Of a stretch of 64,000 nt of DNA, positions 20,060 through 31,869 are shown in pieces. The stretch's first letter is position 1. The number at the start of each line of letters is the position of its first letter. Source of the DNA: Intoshia linei (Eukaryota > Animalia > Orthonectida). The stretch is taken from assembly GCA_001642005.1 (NCBI GenBank), contig LWCA01000049.1, positions 1 through 64,000 of the forward strand, written 5' to 3'. Below the pieces are notes generated by a model that saw only the letters and a list, made by a program, of their open reading frames with translations, was not told the origin of the DNA and did no database searches. Position numbers and translations under genes: made by a program.

Positions 20060-21562
20060 ATGGGTAAAAATTGGAATAAAATTAGAATCATTCATTTCAA
20101 CGACGTTTACAATGTGGAATGCATTAGAAAAACTGACCCAGTCGGCGGAGCGTCAAGATTTGTTTGCAGTGTAACTGATAAAATGAAAAAAGGAAATTTT
20201 TTGGTATTATTTTCGGGAGATTGTCTGAGTCCCTCATCAATAAGTCGAAAAACAAAAGGCCTACAAATGGTTGATGTCTTAAATATCTGTAAAGTAAATG
20301 CTGCCGTATTAGGAAATCATGAATTTGATTTTGGTTTAAAACACTTGACAAACATTGTCACTAAATTTGATTTTCCATGGCTAATTAGTAATGTTACTCT
20401 ATATAACGGAAAAAACCTGGAAAACATACAAAAATACACAATAATCAAAAAAAATGATTGCAATATTGGAATAATCGGTTTAGTTGAAAAAGAATGGATT
20501 GAAACATTATCTACTCTAAATGAAAACGATGTAATTTACAAAGATTACACAATCATTGGTAACCAATTATCAAAATGGCTCAAATTTGAAAAAAAAGTTG
20601 ATATAGTAATAGCTTTGACTCACATGAGATGGCCCAATGATGAAAATCTGAGTAAATCATGCCAACATATTGACATCATCTTGGGAGGTCATGACCATGT
20701 GTTTGAAACCAGAACTTGCAAAGGAAATGAGACATACAGTAAACCTCGATTAATAATAAAGAGTGGAACTGATTTTCGTAATTATTCAATAATTAAAATG
20801 TACAATACCACGACTACCATTAACAAATCCTCATTATCAACAAACGGATATAAAATAAAAATTAAAAAAAAAGACATAAATAAATGCGACAAACGATGTG
20901 ATAAAATGTTAAAAATAGTCAATAATTATCTCTACAAAAATGGTCAAAATATTCAAAAAATTATTGGAACTTTACCATACGATTTAGACACACGTTTCGC
21001 GTACATACGAACTAGCGAAACTAATTGCGGTAATTTGTTTACAGACATGATACGATTTTATTTAAAAACTGACATAGCAATACTAAACTCAGGTGTTTTT
21101 AGATCTGACCAAATTCATCAGAATTATTTAACTCTAGGTGATTTGTATAGTATATTTCCTATTCCACTTGATAAAGTTTATACTATAAAAATGTCTGGAT
21201 TCTTGTTATTAGAATGTTTAAAGAATAGCATTTCCAAATATCCTCAGAAATCTGGTAGATTTCTTCAAGTTAGCGGGTTACAGTTTCAATTTAGTCCAGA
21301 CACTTTAAATATTAGTAATATAGTTGATTTCAATAACAATAAACTCAATTTAAATAAAATGTACAGTGTTGCAATAAGGGAATATATTCATCAAGGAAAT
21401 GACGGGTATGGCATGATTATTAAGTGTAAAATTTTAAAAAAGGAAAAGGAAAATGAAATTTATTTATCCGACATTATTCAATATTTCTTTGAAAATTCTC
21501 AATTATTGCAAAAATTAATCAAACAAACTCCAAAAAATCCAAGAATTATATGTTGTCAATGA
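20060..21562 (+). CDS. 5'-nucleotidase/apyrase-family metallophosphoesterase, intronless, no signal peptide
   Basis: Metallophosphatase motifs HFNDVY, FSGD, GNHEFD, ALTH and GGHDH. C-terminal 5'-nucleotidase domain: RTSETNCGNLFTD, NSGVFR, GRFLQVSG, GNDGY. Confidence 0.92.
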   Translation: MGKNWNKIRIIHFNDVYNVECIRKTDPVGGASRFVCSVTDKMKKGNFLVLFSGDCLSPSSISRKTKGLQMVDVLNICKVNAAVLGNHEFDFGLKHLTNIVTKFDFPWLISNVTLYNGKNLENIQKYTIIKKNDCNIGIIGLVEKEWIETLSTLNENDVIYKDYTIIGNQLSKWLKFEKKVDIVIALTHMRWPNDENLSKSCQHIDIILGGHDHVFETRTCKGNETYSKPRLIIKSGTDFRNYSIIKMYNTTTTINKSSLSTNGYKIKIKKKDINKCDKRCDKMLKIVNNYLYKNGQNIQKIIGTLPYDLDTRFAYIRTSETNCGNLFTDMIRFYLKTDIAILNSGVFRSDQIHQNYLTLGDLYSIFPIPLDKVYTIKMSGFLLLECLKNSISKYPQKSGRFLQVSGLQFQFSPDTLNISNIVDFNNNKLNLNKMYSVAIREYIHQGNDGYGMIIKCKILKKEKENEIYLSDIIQYFFENSQLLQKLIKQTPKNPRIICCQ

Positions 21563-23087
21563 ATTTTTTTTCATTATAAATATATTTTTCTTTTTTTATT
21601 GTTTCTACATTTTATACAGGCAGGTAAAAAAATATAAATAACCAAGAGACAAATGCATAACAATGGGAGATGGAAGGAACATAATTTTTCTTTTCAAATA
21701 ACAACTACATTATATGAAAATAACCTTCATTTTCAACGGAAACCCAAAATCAAAGATCTTTAATTCATTTGTCATGCTAAGCTGAACTATTTTTCAATTT
21801 AAATTCGATAATTATAATTGAATTTGAAATGTATATAGATTCAACTTTATTTATAATTTTATTGCGGGAAAAAAAGTACGCTTCATTGACAAAGATTTTA
21901 AATTAATTTTTGATCATATAATTCAGTGATGGCAGCCAACTAAAACTAGGTGTGTTAAATTTAATACTATTTTCACAAATTTTTTTCTAGTCTGTTTTTA
22001 TTAAAAAAATATTAGGTCAATCAAAACCTTCAATTAAGTCGAACAACTTGATGATGGAAAATAATTTTTACATTTATTTAGATTTAGAAAATTGATTCTA
22101 TCATGAATTTTTTTAATTTAGAAAAATATTTGTAATCTTTATTTTATATATCATGGTAGAATATTGATGGTTTACAGTCAAATGCCTTAATAATACTAAA
22201 CATTACAACAAGTCTTCCCGTACCCTTGAAATTTAAAGTTAAGTTCATTTAAATGCAAGGAAAGTAAAAAACATAAGACTAACAATCCAATCGTTATTAT
22301 CTAATTGAGAGTTATCTTTATACAGTCAAAATCTCATTTAACGAATATTTCATTTCATGAACGTCAAAATTTTATTTTCTATATAAATGCCTAAATATGC
22401 CGTGACGAATATATTTCTATATTACTATATAATAATTTTTTTAGTAAATTCTAGCCATAATTGTAGAATTTACATATTAAATTAAAAATAAAATCAAGAT
22501 AAACACATAAAAATCAGTATCAAAAATGATACATTCGTCATCTACGTAGTTAAAATTGTGTTATTCAAATTACAAATGTAATTAAATGTATATATTTATT
22601 GGTGATATTCTATAAAACAATTTCGTTCATGTTTACAACATAAATATACTTTACATATTTATGTGTTTTATAAAATTTTAGTACATGTTTCATTTTTATA
22701 ACAAAATTTAATTGGTTGTATTTACCATGAAGGTTGCGTTTCTGATGCTGAGATTTACGACAATTAAATTTTATTGATTTTAAATTGCGTCTCAGAATTA
22801 TTAAATTAAATTATTTGTTTTATAAATTTTTGGGCTGATTTTATTTTTAAAAAAAAGAAAATTGGGTTTTCATCCTGAAGGCTCAAATTATGGAAATAAA
22901 ACACAGATCTACATCCCCTGCGAAAAACTATATTAGACATTGTGTTTTTTTAATAATTTTGCGAATATTAATTTTTTAAATATACGGTAACACATTCTAT
23001 AAACTTTTTTAATTAAATTTTTATGGTCCACAAAATTAAATATGATTTGATATAAAACTTTTCCATAATTTTTCCCAACGGTTAGAT

Positions 23088-23496
23088 CAGTGGTTCTCAA
23101 CTTGTGTTCTGCGAAATTTAATTTGGGTTCCGTGAAATATAACTGCGATATTTTTTAATTTAATGTTTTTCTAAATTACTGTTGTTTTTAATTTAAATTT
23201 TACATAAATATATTCTTTAATAAAAATTAAATATAATATCTAATATATAAAACGTCTGTAAAACATATCAGGCCCAAATTTCTCATTGAGAAGGAAAAAT
23301 ACATTTCATTATTAAAAAATTTATGTTTTCAATATTAAAAGCGTAATTTTTTAATTAAAAATCAAATTGTTTTATACACATATATGTATGCGACATGCGA
23401 AAAATATTTTTGATCATGATTTTAGATGCAGATCATGCCGCGATTTTTTTAAATTTCATAAGGGTTCCGCTCAGTAAAAAAGGTTGAGAAACACTG
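23088..23496. mobile_element. hAT-type MITE
   Basis: TIRs CAGTGGTTCTCAAC and GTTGAGAAACACTG. Subterminal GGGTTCCG repeats. Confidence 0.8.
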
Positions 23497-23550
23497 TCTT
23501 AGACTTGAGTACAAAATTTTCACGTCACTCTTAGAAATAATATTCTACAT

Positions 23551-23729
23551 TAAGGGTTCTCCACAGCGGACAGGTAATAAATTATAAAATTTACCGGGAC
23601 CATTAATGCGAAATTACTAGGTAACCTTACAAAAAATTTGAAAAAAACGTAATAAAGTGGCTTTTAGTAAAAATATTTAAATTATTGCATAGACCAGTAC
23701 TGATTTCCGGACGGTATTTGGGAAGACTG
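23551..23729. mobile_element. hAT-type MITE with 8-bp TSD (same family as 47161-47351)
   Basis: TTCTACAT on both sides (23543-23550 and 23730-23737). Internal cacagcggac..gtaataaattataaaattt shared with the 47161 copy. Confidence 0.8.
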
Positions 23730-23950
23730 TTCTACATAATTTAAAGATTTTTTCACATTGAAAGCTATTCTAAAATTATTTTTGTAACGCTTGTAGTAAT
23801 GCATATTGTGCAATAATAAAATTCTTAATAATGTTTTCAAAATAAAATGTATTTGCGTCACAACTTTTGTGGGCCCCTGTGTATTATTAAATTTTTCAAA
23901 ATTTGAAACACGATAATATAGAGTAAATACAAAAATTAAATTATAATTAC

Positions 23951-26900
23951 CCCATCTTTTGAAAGATTACATCATATGTTCCTTTACGTAACGGTCTATA
24001 AAATTCTCCAGATTCAGTGGATTTGACAATATGATTACGTCCAGAGACAATAACATTTACATTGGCAATTGGATATGTAGAATTATATTTTGTGATATTA
24101 CCAGATATACCAATTAATGACTAGTCAGTATAGATTAAATTCAAATCAATTCATTACTCTACCAGAGTCAAAACTAAGAAGTTCGAAGTCACCCGAAAAT
24201 GAAAAATTGGCTCTAAAAAAAATTCTAGAAACGATGCATAGTGTAATATATCCTTAACCATCTCTCAAAGACTCTTGGTTGACATTTTAAATTAAAATCA
24301 AAAAATAGTTGATATTCAAGAATGTCATTTTCTTAATGTTCAATTTGAAAAACGAGGTCTAATTTCCACAAAGTTCGTAGAGGTATCCCCTAAAGAGGGA
24401 TCTCGGAGTACTTTAGATTCGGAACTGTACAGTGTACAGTGCACACTGCAACCTCCACTATTTTCCAAAAATTTTTAATTTCTACCCCACAAATCCACAG
24501 TTTGGATTCCACACGAATAGTGGAAATTTCACGAGAATTAGATGATGATAATTGATCAATAAAATAATTTAAAACTCACCCTTATAGAGTAAGCGATTAA
24601 TGATTTATGGTTATCATTCCAAAATGGTACATAAGATTCGTTTTTGCTTATATATTTTTTGCAGCTCAGTTCTATTGTCACCGGCATTGAATTTGTGTTT
24701 ATATATACCCAGTCTTGTAAGCTTCCTTTAAATTAAAATATTTTCAAGTTTGATAATTATTACCGTGAACATTGTACCTATAAAATTAGTTAATTAAATT
24801 TAAAATTATAAACCATGCTGCGCCGTTAGTTATTCCATATTTAAATCCCTTTTCATTTTGGTAGCAAGAGTGATTATTACCCATTCTTGGATTGTACTAA
24901 AAATTGAATTTATAATTTTCATTTTATTCATTATTATCCTATTTTGATTTTATTATTATTTATTATCAACTAAATTTAGTAACTGTTATTAAATTCGTGG
25001 CTTACAATATTTATATTTTTATGATGGCCTAAATTATTTTAAAAGAAGAGGTAATGTTAGAAAATTTCTTATATTAATTGTTATATATTGATGATATCGA
25101 ATACTGCTGATAAATAACCCGAACAGGAACACAATATCTGCTAATATGTAGGTTTATTTTTGACCTTGATGGGTCCTTAAATATTTTTTTTTAAACATTG
25201 ATTAAATTAACTTAATTAGATTGAGCAATGGATTGATAAATCAATCTTTTTGATTTTTTAGGGACCTAAATTTTCATCTGATTCCGGGTCCTTTGTTGGG
25301 TCTCTATGGCCCTGTTTACGATCTTTTATTAATAATAAAAATTTAAAAAACTGAAATTTTTATTAATTATAAATGTATTTACTTTAGCGTATGTTAAACT
25401 AATGTGTCGAAACACATCATCGTCTTTTGTGCCCGTATAAATTGTTGTTGATTCCATGTTGCCATCAAAAGGATAACTAAATGTAATTTTATAATTCAGA
25501 CTGGTCCAAAATTTGGAAATAGAGACAAAAAATTAATTTTAGAAATTTGACAAGCCTTTTTTAGTTCTGTTAATGTCAATAATTGACTGTAAAACGAATT
25601 GATTTTACTAAAACATAAAAAAAAGCATTTTGAACACCCTTAAAATAAAATGAATTTAAACCCAATAATTTTGGATGCCCATTTTTTCAAAATTGTTTCA
25701 GCATCTGAATGATCTTTAAAATAAATAAATAAACTTTGAAACTCAAAGGAAAATTAAATTCATAAGATCATACATTATAGTTGACCCTCATTAGGAAATG
25801 TAAATGGAATTATATAATGAAAAGATGACGAAAATTTGAAAGTGACCAGTAGATATAAATAATATATCGGATCTTTACAAATAACTATATTATTACTTGA
25901 CTACAACGTCCCCACCATGTATATTAGCCGATAGCACAACACTAAATTATTATGATTATAATAATAATATTAATATTTACAAAATATAATAATTATTAAT
26001 ATAAAATGTTTTGCGTAATTACTTGTTAATCTCTAATTGACATGTAACAACTATGCAAACTTTTTTTTAACTTATACAATAAGTTAACACATCACCTATA
26101 AAAATTAACTCAAAGTTTTATTTGATTATCCTTACTTATATAATATGTTTTGCAATATTTTTTTATGTGTGTGTTACAATATATAATACCGTACACAGTG
26201 TGTACTACACATTGTATTACTAGAATAAAAATCGTCAAATGTGTAACTACATACATGTATATTAGTAATTATATGTATATTAATAATAATCAATGTTAAC
26301 ATGCCATTGTTTACCTTTTATGAAAAATATTTACTCAGGCTTTAATTATGGAGTTTGAGTGTGACTGATGATTTGTTATTTTGAATAAAATTAATTAGAT
26401 TTATATAAGATGATTAAATTTTATGTTTTCTGGTAGAGCTATTATTCCGTAAAGATTGTTGAAATTGTTTCATATTTATAAATTACAATGCACTGTAATT
26501 ATTGTTGAATTGAATTATAAATAATTACTCGCTGTTATTCATCCATTTCATGATAGCTATTGTTTCAGGTTGAACCGGGAATACTGTCGTAATGACTCTG
26601 TCTGGAAAATTTCGATTTAAATCGTAGTTATTTAAGTTATTTCGTTCTATAAAAATTATATATAATAAAAATTATTATACGCTTATGTGTATTGTTATAT
26701 TTATATGTTTCATAATAAGCATCTGGGTTCATTGTAGGAACAATAATAAACTTTAAACAGTCCAACAAGGTGTTGACAAAAGTATCATTCTGACTTGTCA
26801 AATAATTTATAAAATTATGCATCAAATACAACCCAACCACTTCATCTCCATGCATGTTTGCTATGTATCGTACGCTAGGTTTACCTATAAATGGAAAATT

Positions 26901-27267
26901 ATAAAATGTATTTGAATTACATTGTACGTAATTTAAAAATTAATAATACCAATTTCAAGTAAATTGATATTATTCGTAATTTCGACACTTTTGATATTTC
27001 TATATTGCGTAGATGTACCAATGTCTGTTATTTTTACCAAATTAGGGTACAATTTCATCTTTTCTTTTAAATTTAAATAAACGTTATTCAAACTTGGCAA
27101 ATTGGCATCTGGGATAAATGAGGTTGTCATTTTTTCAAATAGTGTTTTTATATTTTCGATTCGATTGCTTTTTAATGTAATTTTATTATAATTATTTTAA
27201 AATAATACGTCTTCCAATCGGCTGATAGCACCCCAAATATTAAAAATAAAATTAAAGAAACCTTCAT
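23951..27267 (-). CDS. Secreted metallocarboxypeptidase of the M14B (N/E) subfamily, CPM/CPD-like; terminal exon(s) unresolved
   Basis: Signal peptide MKVSLILFLIFGVLSA. Zinc ligands in YIANMHGDEVVG and LSANIHGG. Further motifs PTMNPD, DLNRNFPD, QPETIAIM, YPFD, DDDVFRHI, GITNGAAWYNVHGSLQDW, catalytic TIELSC, then a transthyretin-like domain GISGNI...GEFYRPLRKGTY. Confidence 0.9.
24163..24426. repeat. Short inverted-end element of a CAGTGCCGAAC-type family (relatives at about 29509-29769, 58264-58540, and fragments near 51870 and 61090)
   Basis: Degenerate ends (cagagtcaaaac / gattcggaactg). The interior resembles the reverse complement of 29509-29769. Boundaries approximate. Confidence 0.5.
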
Positions 27268-28380
27268 TTATTTACTCTTTATTAAATAATTCAAGTTATT
27301 TTAAATAATGTTTAAATATCCGAGCAACTATTCACTCATGTACTTAAGGTAGTTAATAACGCTTAAAATTAGAGGTTCATTTACCACAATAACACTGATA
27401 ATTATTATTATTATTTACAATTACTGTTAATTAGAGGTTTACGTTTTTAATAAAGTCAAGTTTTTGCTAATGTAAAGATTAAATAAAATATTATTTGTGG
27501 TATGTATTATGTCACAAAATGAATAATAATTAATTTAAGAATGCATTGTTAATTTAAAATAAAATTTTATTTCACTGCCGTTCATTCTGTAGTAATCAAT
27601 GAAATTGTCTGCATTATTTTTGTTATTCGTTTGAATGAAACGGTATATACAGATGTAGAAGGAAATATCACACTTTGAAGATTCAGGCAGTGTAACATGA
27701 TACATTCTTTGACATCAATCTGAACCATTAATTTTTTGAAATCCAAACCTTAATGTATCAAAAAATTATAGAAATATTATATCTCAAAATTGTTTTAAAA
27801 TTGGTAATTTGGATTCTCTTTATTTTTATCGACTATTTAATTTCAAGAAAAAATTTTTCAGCTTTATTTTTTTCAGTTTTGGATATACATAATGTAGCAT
27901 AAAAATAATAGAGTTAATAAAATAAAATTTAATAAAATATGCAAATGATTTTACAATAAGTATTGAATGCTGTTTAACATATTTTTAAAATCTTTTAAAT
28001 TTACTAAAAAGTTTAAATTTAATTTATTGTACCAGTGTGGCCAAAATCTAATACATTATAATGGATATTTTTATCTATTGATCCGTAGCCAGGGTGGATC
28101 ATTAGAGTACGGTATTCTCTCGTTTTGATTTTAACAATAGATTTTAATTTGTAAGCCAAAATTTTTTTTATATTACACTATATTCTGTTATCACATGACT
28201 GTTGTGTACTTAGTACAAACAGTAGCTAGCTCATTCGAAGGACTTTTTTTATTTTACTACAATGAAAAATGAAATTTACTATGAAATTTTATATAAGAAT
28301 CTCACAATTACAAAACTTGTTACCATTCACTTTTATCAACCCTTTATCAGGCCTTTTTTGATTTACCCTTCATATTTACA

Positions 28381-31300
28381 TTAAGACGTTTCTATTAGAG
28401 TAAATATACATTTAATTGCTCGATTTAATCTTATATTATCAATTTTATCTAGATTTGGACCACCATTTTTAATTTAATTACTGTTTCTTTTATTGTCAGA
28501 ACAATACGTTTGAATCATATCAATTAAATATCCGTCATTCAATTGATTTTTAACAATTCCATAACTAAATTTTACACCATTAATTTCTTAATATACAATT
28601 TATATTAGTTTTATTTATATTTTGGTTGATATTATTTATAAAGAAATAATAAAAAAGAACGAAGTTACCTATTTTCATTTTTTAGATTTTTAAATGTAAT
28701 GAATCCTTTATTTTCAATGTCAAATAAGGAGAACAAATATTTTACTAGTTTTTCTTTGAATTGTCCATTTTGATAAGATAATACTATGTTATATAATAAT
28801 ATGTATGAGATATACTATTATATGTATATTTTCACGTTATCATCTACTTAAATTTAACAGTAAAGTCATATTTATAAATTTTGTCCTTCGTATGGAATCC
28901 CTATTATATTTTAAATAAAGCCTTATTAACGGAAATGAATTTTTTTAAATAAAAATCATTAAATGTGGATATTTTTTGTTATTATGACTTTTTGAATAAT
29001 ACATGACGATGTAATATACACAAAACATTATCAACGGGTTCATATAGACTCTTGGGTCGACAGCAGTTTTTTTGGAGTCCTTGAAAAATATTAAATTATT
29101 TACAAAAATAAAATAAGTTTAAAAATGATATTTTTGCAATGATAGTAATAATTTTTAATTAACGCCATCTAATTGAATACATATTTTTAAAATTTGATAA
29201 AAAACGTTATAAATTATCTGCTAATTAGTAAAAAATTAGATTATATGTACGATAGTGATTAGAAATAGATTGTAGATCAATGGTTCCAAACTTTTTTCAC
29301 CATGGATCACTTGTCACAAAAAAAATGTGTTTGGACCACATCATTTTTAAAAAAATCTCCTTAATTCTGAATACGTCACTAAAGTAATATTTACATTTTT
29401 TTATTATATATTCATCCTTAAATCGAAGATTTAACATTAATTTTTACATGGTAGCTTCAAGGGCGTAGTTAAAAAAATATTAATTGAAACATAATTATGG
29501 TGAAGTACCAGTGTCGAACCTACCGTATCCCAGACCCTTCTAGCAAGGGATCTCAATTAAATTTTTTTTAAAATGGAGGCTTTAATTTACTAAATTGAGT
29601 ATGAAAAAAATTCTTGAATATCAAAGAATTTAAGTGTTAAATTTAAAATGACAACTCAAGAGTCTTAGAAAGGTGGATAGGGTTATATGACATAATTTGT
29701 TTACAAAATTTTTTAAGCGGCTATTTTTCGTTTTAGGAGTGGCTACAAGCTTTATATGTTCGGTTCTGGGAACGACTATCGAACTAAGTTCAATCGTTAT
29801 GTATATTAAATTTAACGCACGTGAAAATTATTCACGTTATTTAGTAAATTTTAACTTCATTTTTATAACATGATGTCTACGTTCACTAATAATAATAAAT
29901 GATCGATAAAGAAAAAATATTCACATTTAATATTATTTTTAAAAAAAAGGTTATTTTATTATACATTTTATTTAAATTTTTCTTGTGGACCACTTTGTGA
30001 ACCTTCTAGAAGTTACTAGAGCATGAGTTCTTAACCTTTTTCCACTTGACACCCCTTAATTTAATAAAATTCGATTTGACACCTTCAAAAAATATAATAA
30101 ACTTAAATTTAATGAAAAAAGTTAATAATCTAATTACGGTAACAAAAAATTGCTAACTGAAATTGCTTTAAAATAAAAAAAAAATAATAAAAAGAAAATA
30201 TATATATTTATATTATTATTTTTATTGTTATTATTTTTTTTGAATTAGAAAAAACCTTTGAACATAAAAAACACTGAGGTTTTTACGATTTATCAATATC
30301 ATTTATTTTAGTATCGTTTAATATTAACCCATTTATTTTTTTGGATAAATACTCAAAATCAAAAAAGTTATTCACGTGCAAAATCGGTTTTTTTAATAAA
30401 AAAAATTGGACACTTTAATATACATATTAAAATATTTAAAAAAGTTAAATTAATAAATACAATTTAATTATATTTACTAAACTTCAGTGAAGTTTAAAAA
30501 ATATAACTAAACAAATTTTTATTCAAAAATTTTCTGACACCCCCAAAAACCGACTTGAAAACCAAAAATTTTGATCTAACATCACCTTTGGAAACCATTA
30601 TAATATCAATCAAGATCATTGTGTAATGCTATTATTCACTATTTATTATAAATTCATTTATTATTAGTATTTGAAAGTAACTTCCAATCAGATAATAAGT
30701 TACATTATTTTTTTAATAAATGAATGGTCTTTGGGATAAAATCAAAATATTTTTTAGAAAGAATCATATATTTGGTAATAATAGATTTAATACAGATCAA
30801 AACAACTATTTTTTGTCAAATAATGTAATAATGATATGCGTCATAGACAACGAAGTTACGGCAATTTTTTTATTTTACAAGTTGTCCACTGTCAAAAAAG
30901 TTTCAAAAGCAATCATTTAAATAATGAAATGGAAACTATCTTGTTTATATCAAAAAGAAGGTCTTTATTCATTAACAGTTTTACGGTAGATGAGTTTTTC
31001 GTCTTTATTATTTTGTGATAATTTGATCCTAAAAATTAGAAATGAAATATTTTTTTGTACAGTTTATTATGATAAAACTAGAATTTTAATTTGATTTGAT
31101 TTGAATGCATTTTTACAAATTTAGTATTAAGTTATAATTATCATTAATTAATAAGTATGATTTTACTTGCATCCTTGATAGCAGAAAATTTAATCTTCTC
31201 GCAGTTTATGTTTAATAATGTGGTGTTTTTTTAGATAGATATTAACTTAAAATAATATTAACTTTTAATATTAAATTACATTCAATGATAAAGTGTGAAG

Positions 31301-31595
31301 TATTAATATAATCACAAGAGAATAAATGTTACCTATTGATGTGAACGTATTTATATCGTATGTATTATTTTTATCGAATTTTCCTTCTATACTTTTAATT
31401 TTTTCTTCCAAATCATCATAATTTGTATCAATTCCAATAAAATTTAATGCTATCTATGAATAAAATCAGATTCAAATTTAAATTAACATTATAAAAAAAT
31501 TATTATACTTTTATTTGACAAATATTTATAGAATTTTCATCATTTTCTAGAATTAGACGAAAGAGGAACACAAGATTGCCTTCATTTAAATTCAT
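28381..31595 (-). CDS. Divergent centrin-like four-EF-hand protein (about 157 aa, 5 exons)
   Basis: Phase-consistent GT-AG exons 31509-31595, 31333-31453, 28669-28783, 28482-28564 and 28381-28448. They give ...LFRLILENDENSINICQIKIALNFIG...FDKNNTYDINTFTSIVLS...KYLFSLFDIENKGFITFKNLK...LNDGYLIDMIQTYCSDNKRN..., which parallels centrin (ISFKNLK, LTDEELQEMIDEAD). Confidence 0.62.
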
Positions 31596-31869
31596 TAATC
31601 GAGTAAATTAAATATTTTTCTTCATATGTATTTACTTGAACTCAATGAACATTTATTGTGTGCACTGTATTATTCAATTTAATACAATGTTCCAATACAG
31701 AACTTTAAATTAGTGATTTTTGGGTCATTTAGACAAAACTTGAAGATAATAATAATTGCATTTTACACATTTGAATTATAATTGTTATTTTAAAATGTGC
31801 CAATTAAGAGCGTTAACTTGAAACGATTCAATCTAAAAATGTAAAGGTACATGCTTATTATGTACCAAA

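Noticed and set aside
21704-21723. A 20-nt intron in the putative carboxypeptidase tail
   Set aside because: Shorter than any other intron seen here; alternative 33-39-nt introns in another frame are equally possible.
26191-26205. Short palindrome GTACACAGTGTGTAC, and similar ones at about 19847 and 56332
   Set aside because: Arms of 7-8 bp are expected by chance in 64 kb.
30690-31030. Extra exons inside intron 2 of the centrin-like gene
   Set aside because: A phase-compatible acceptor exists at about 31029, but it leads to an early stop and breaks EF-hand spacing; unsupported without RNA data.
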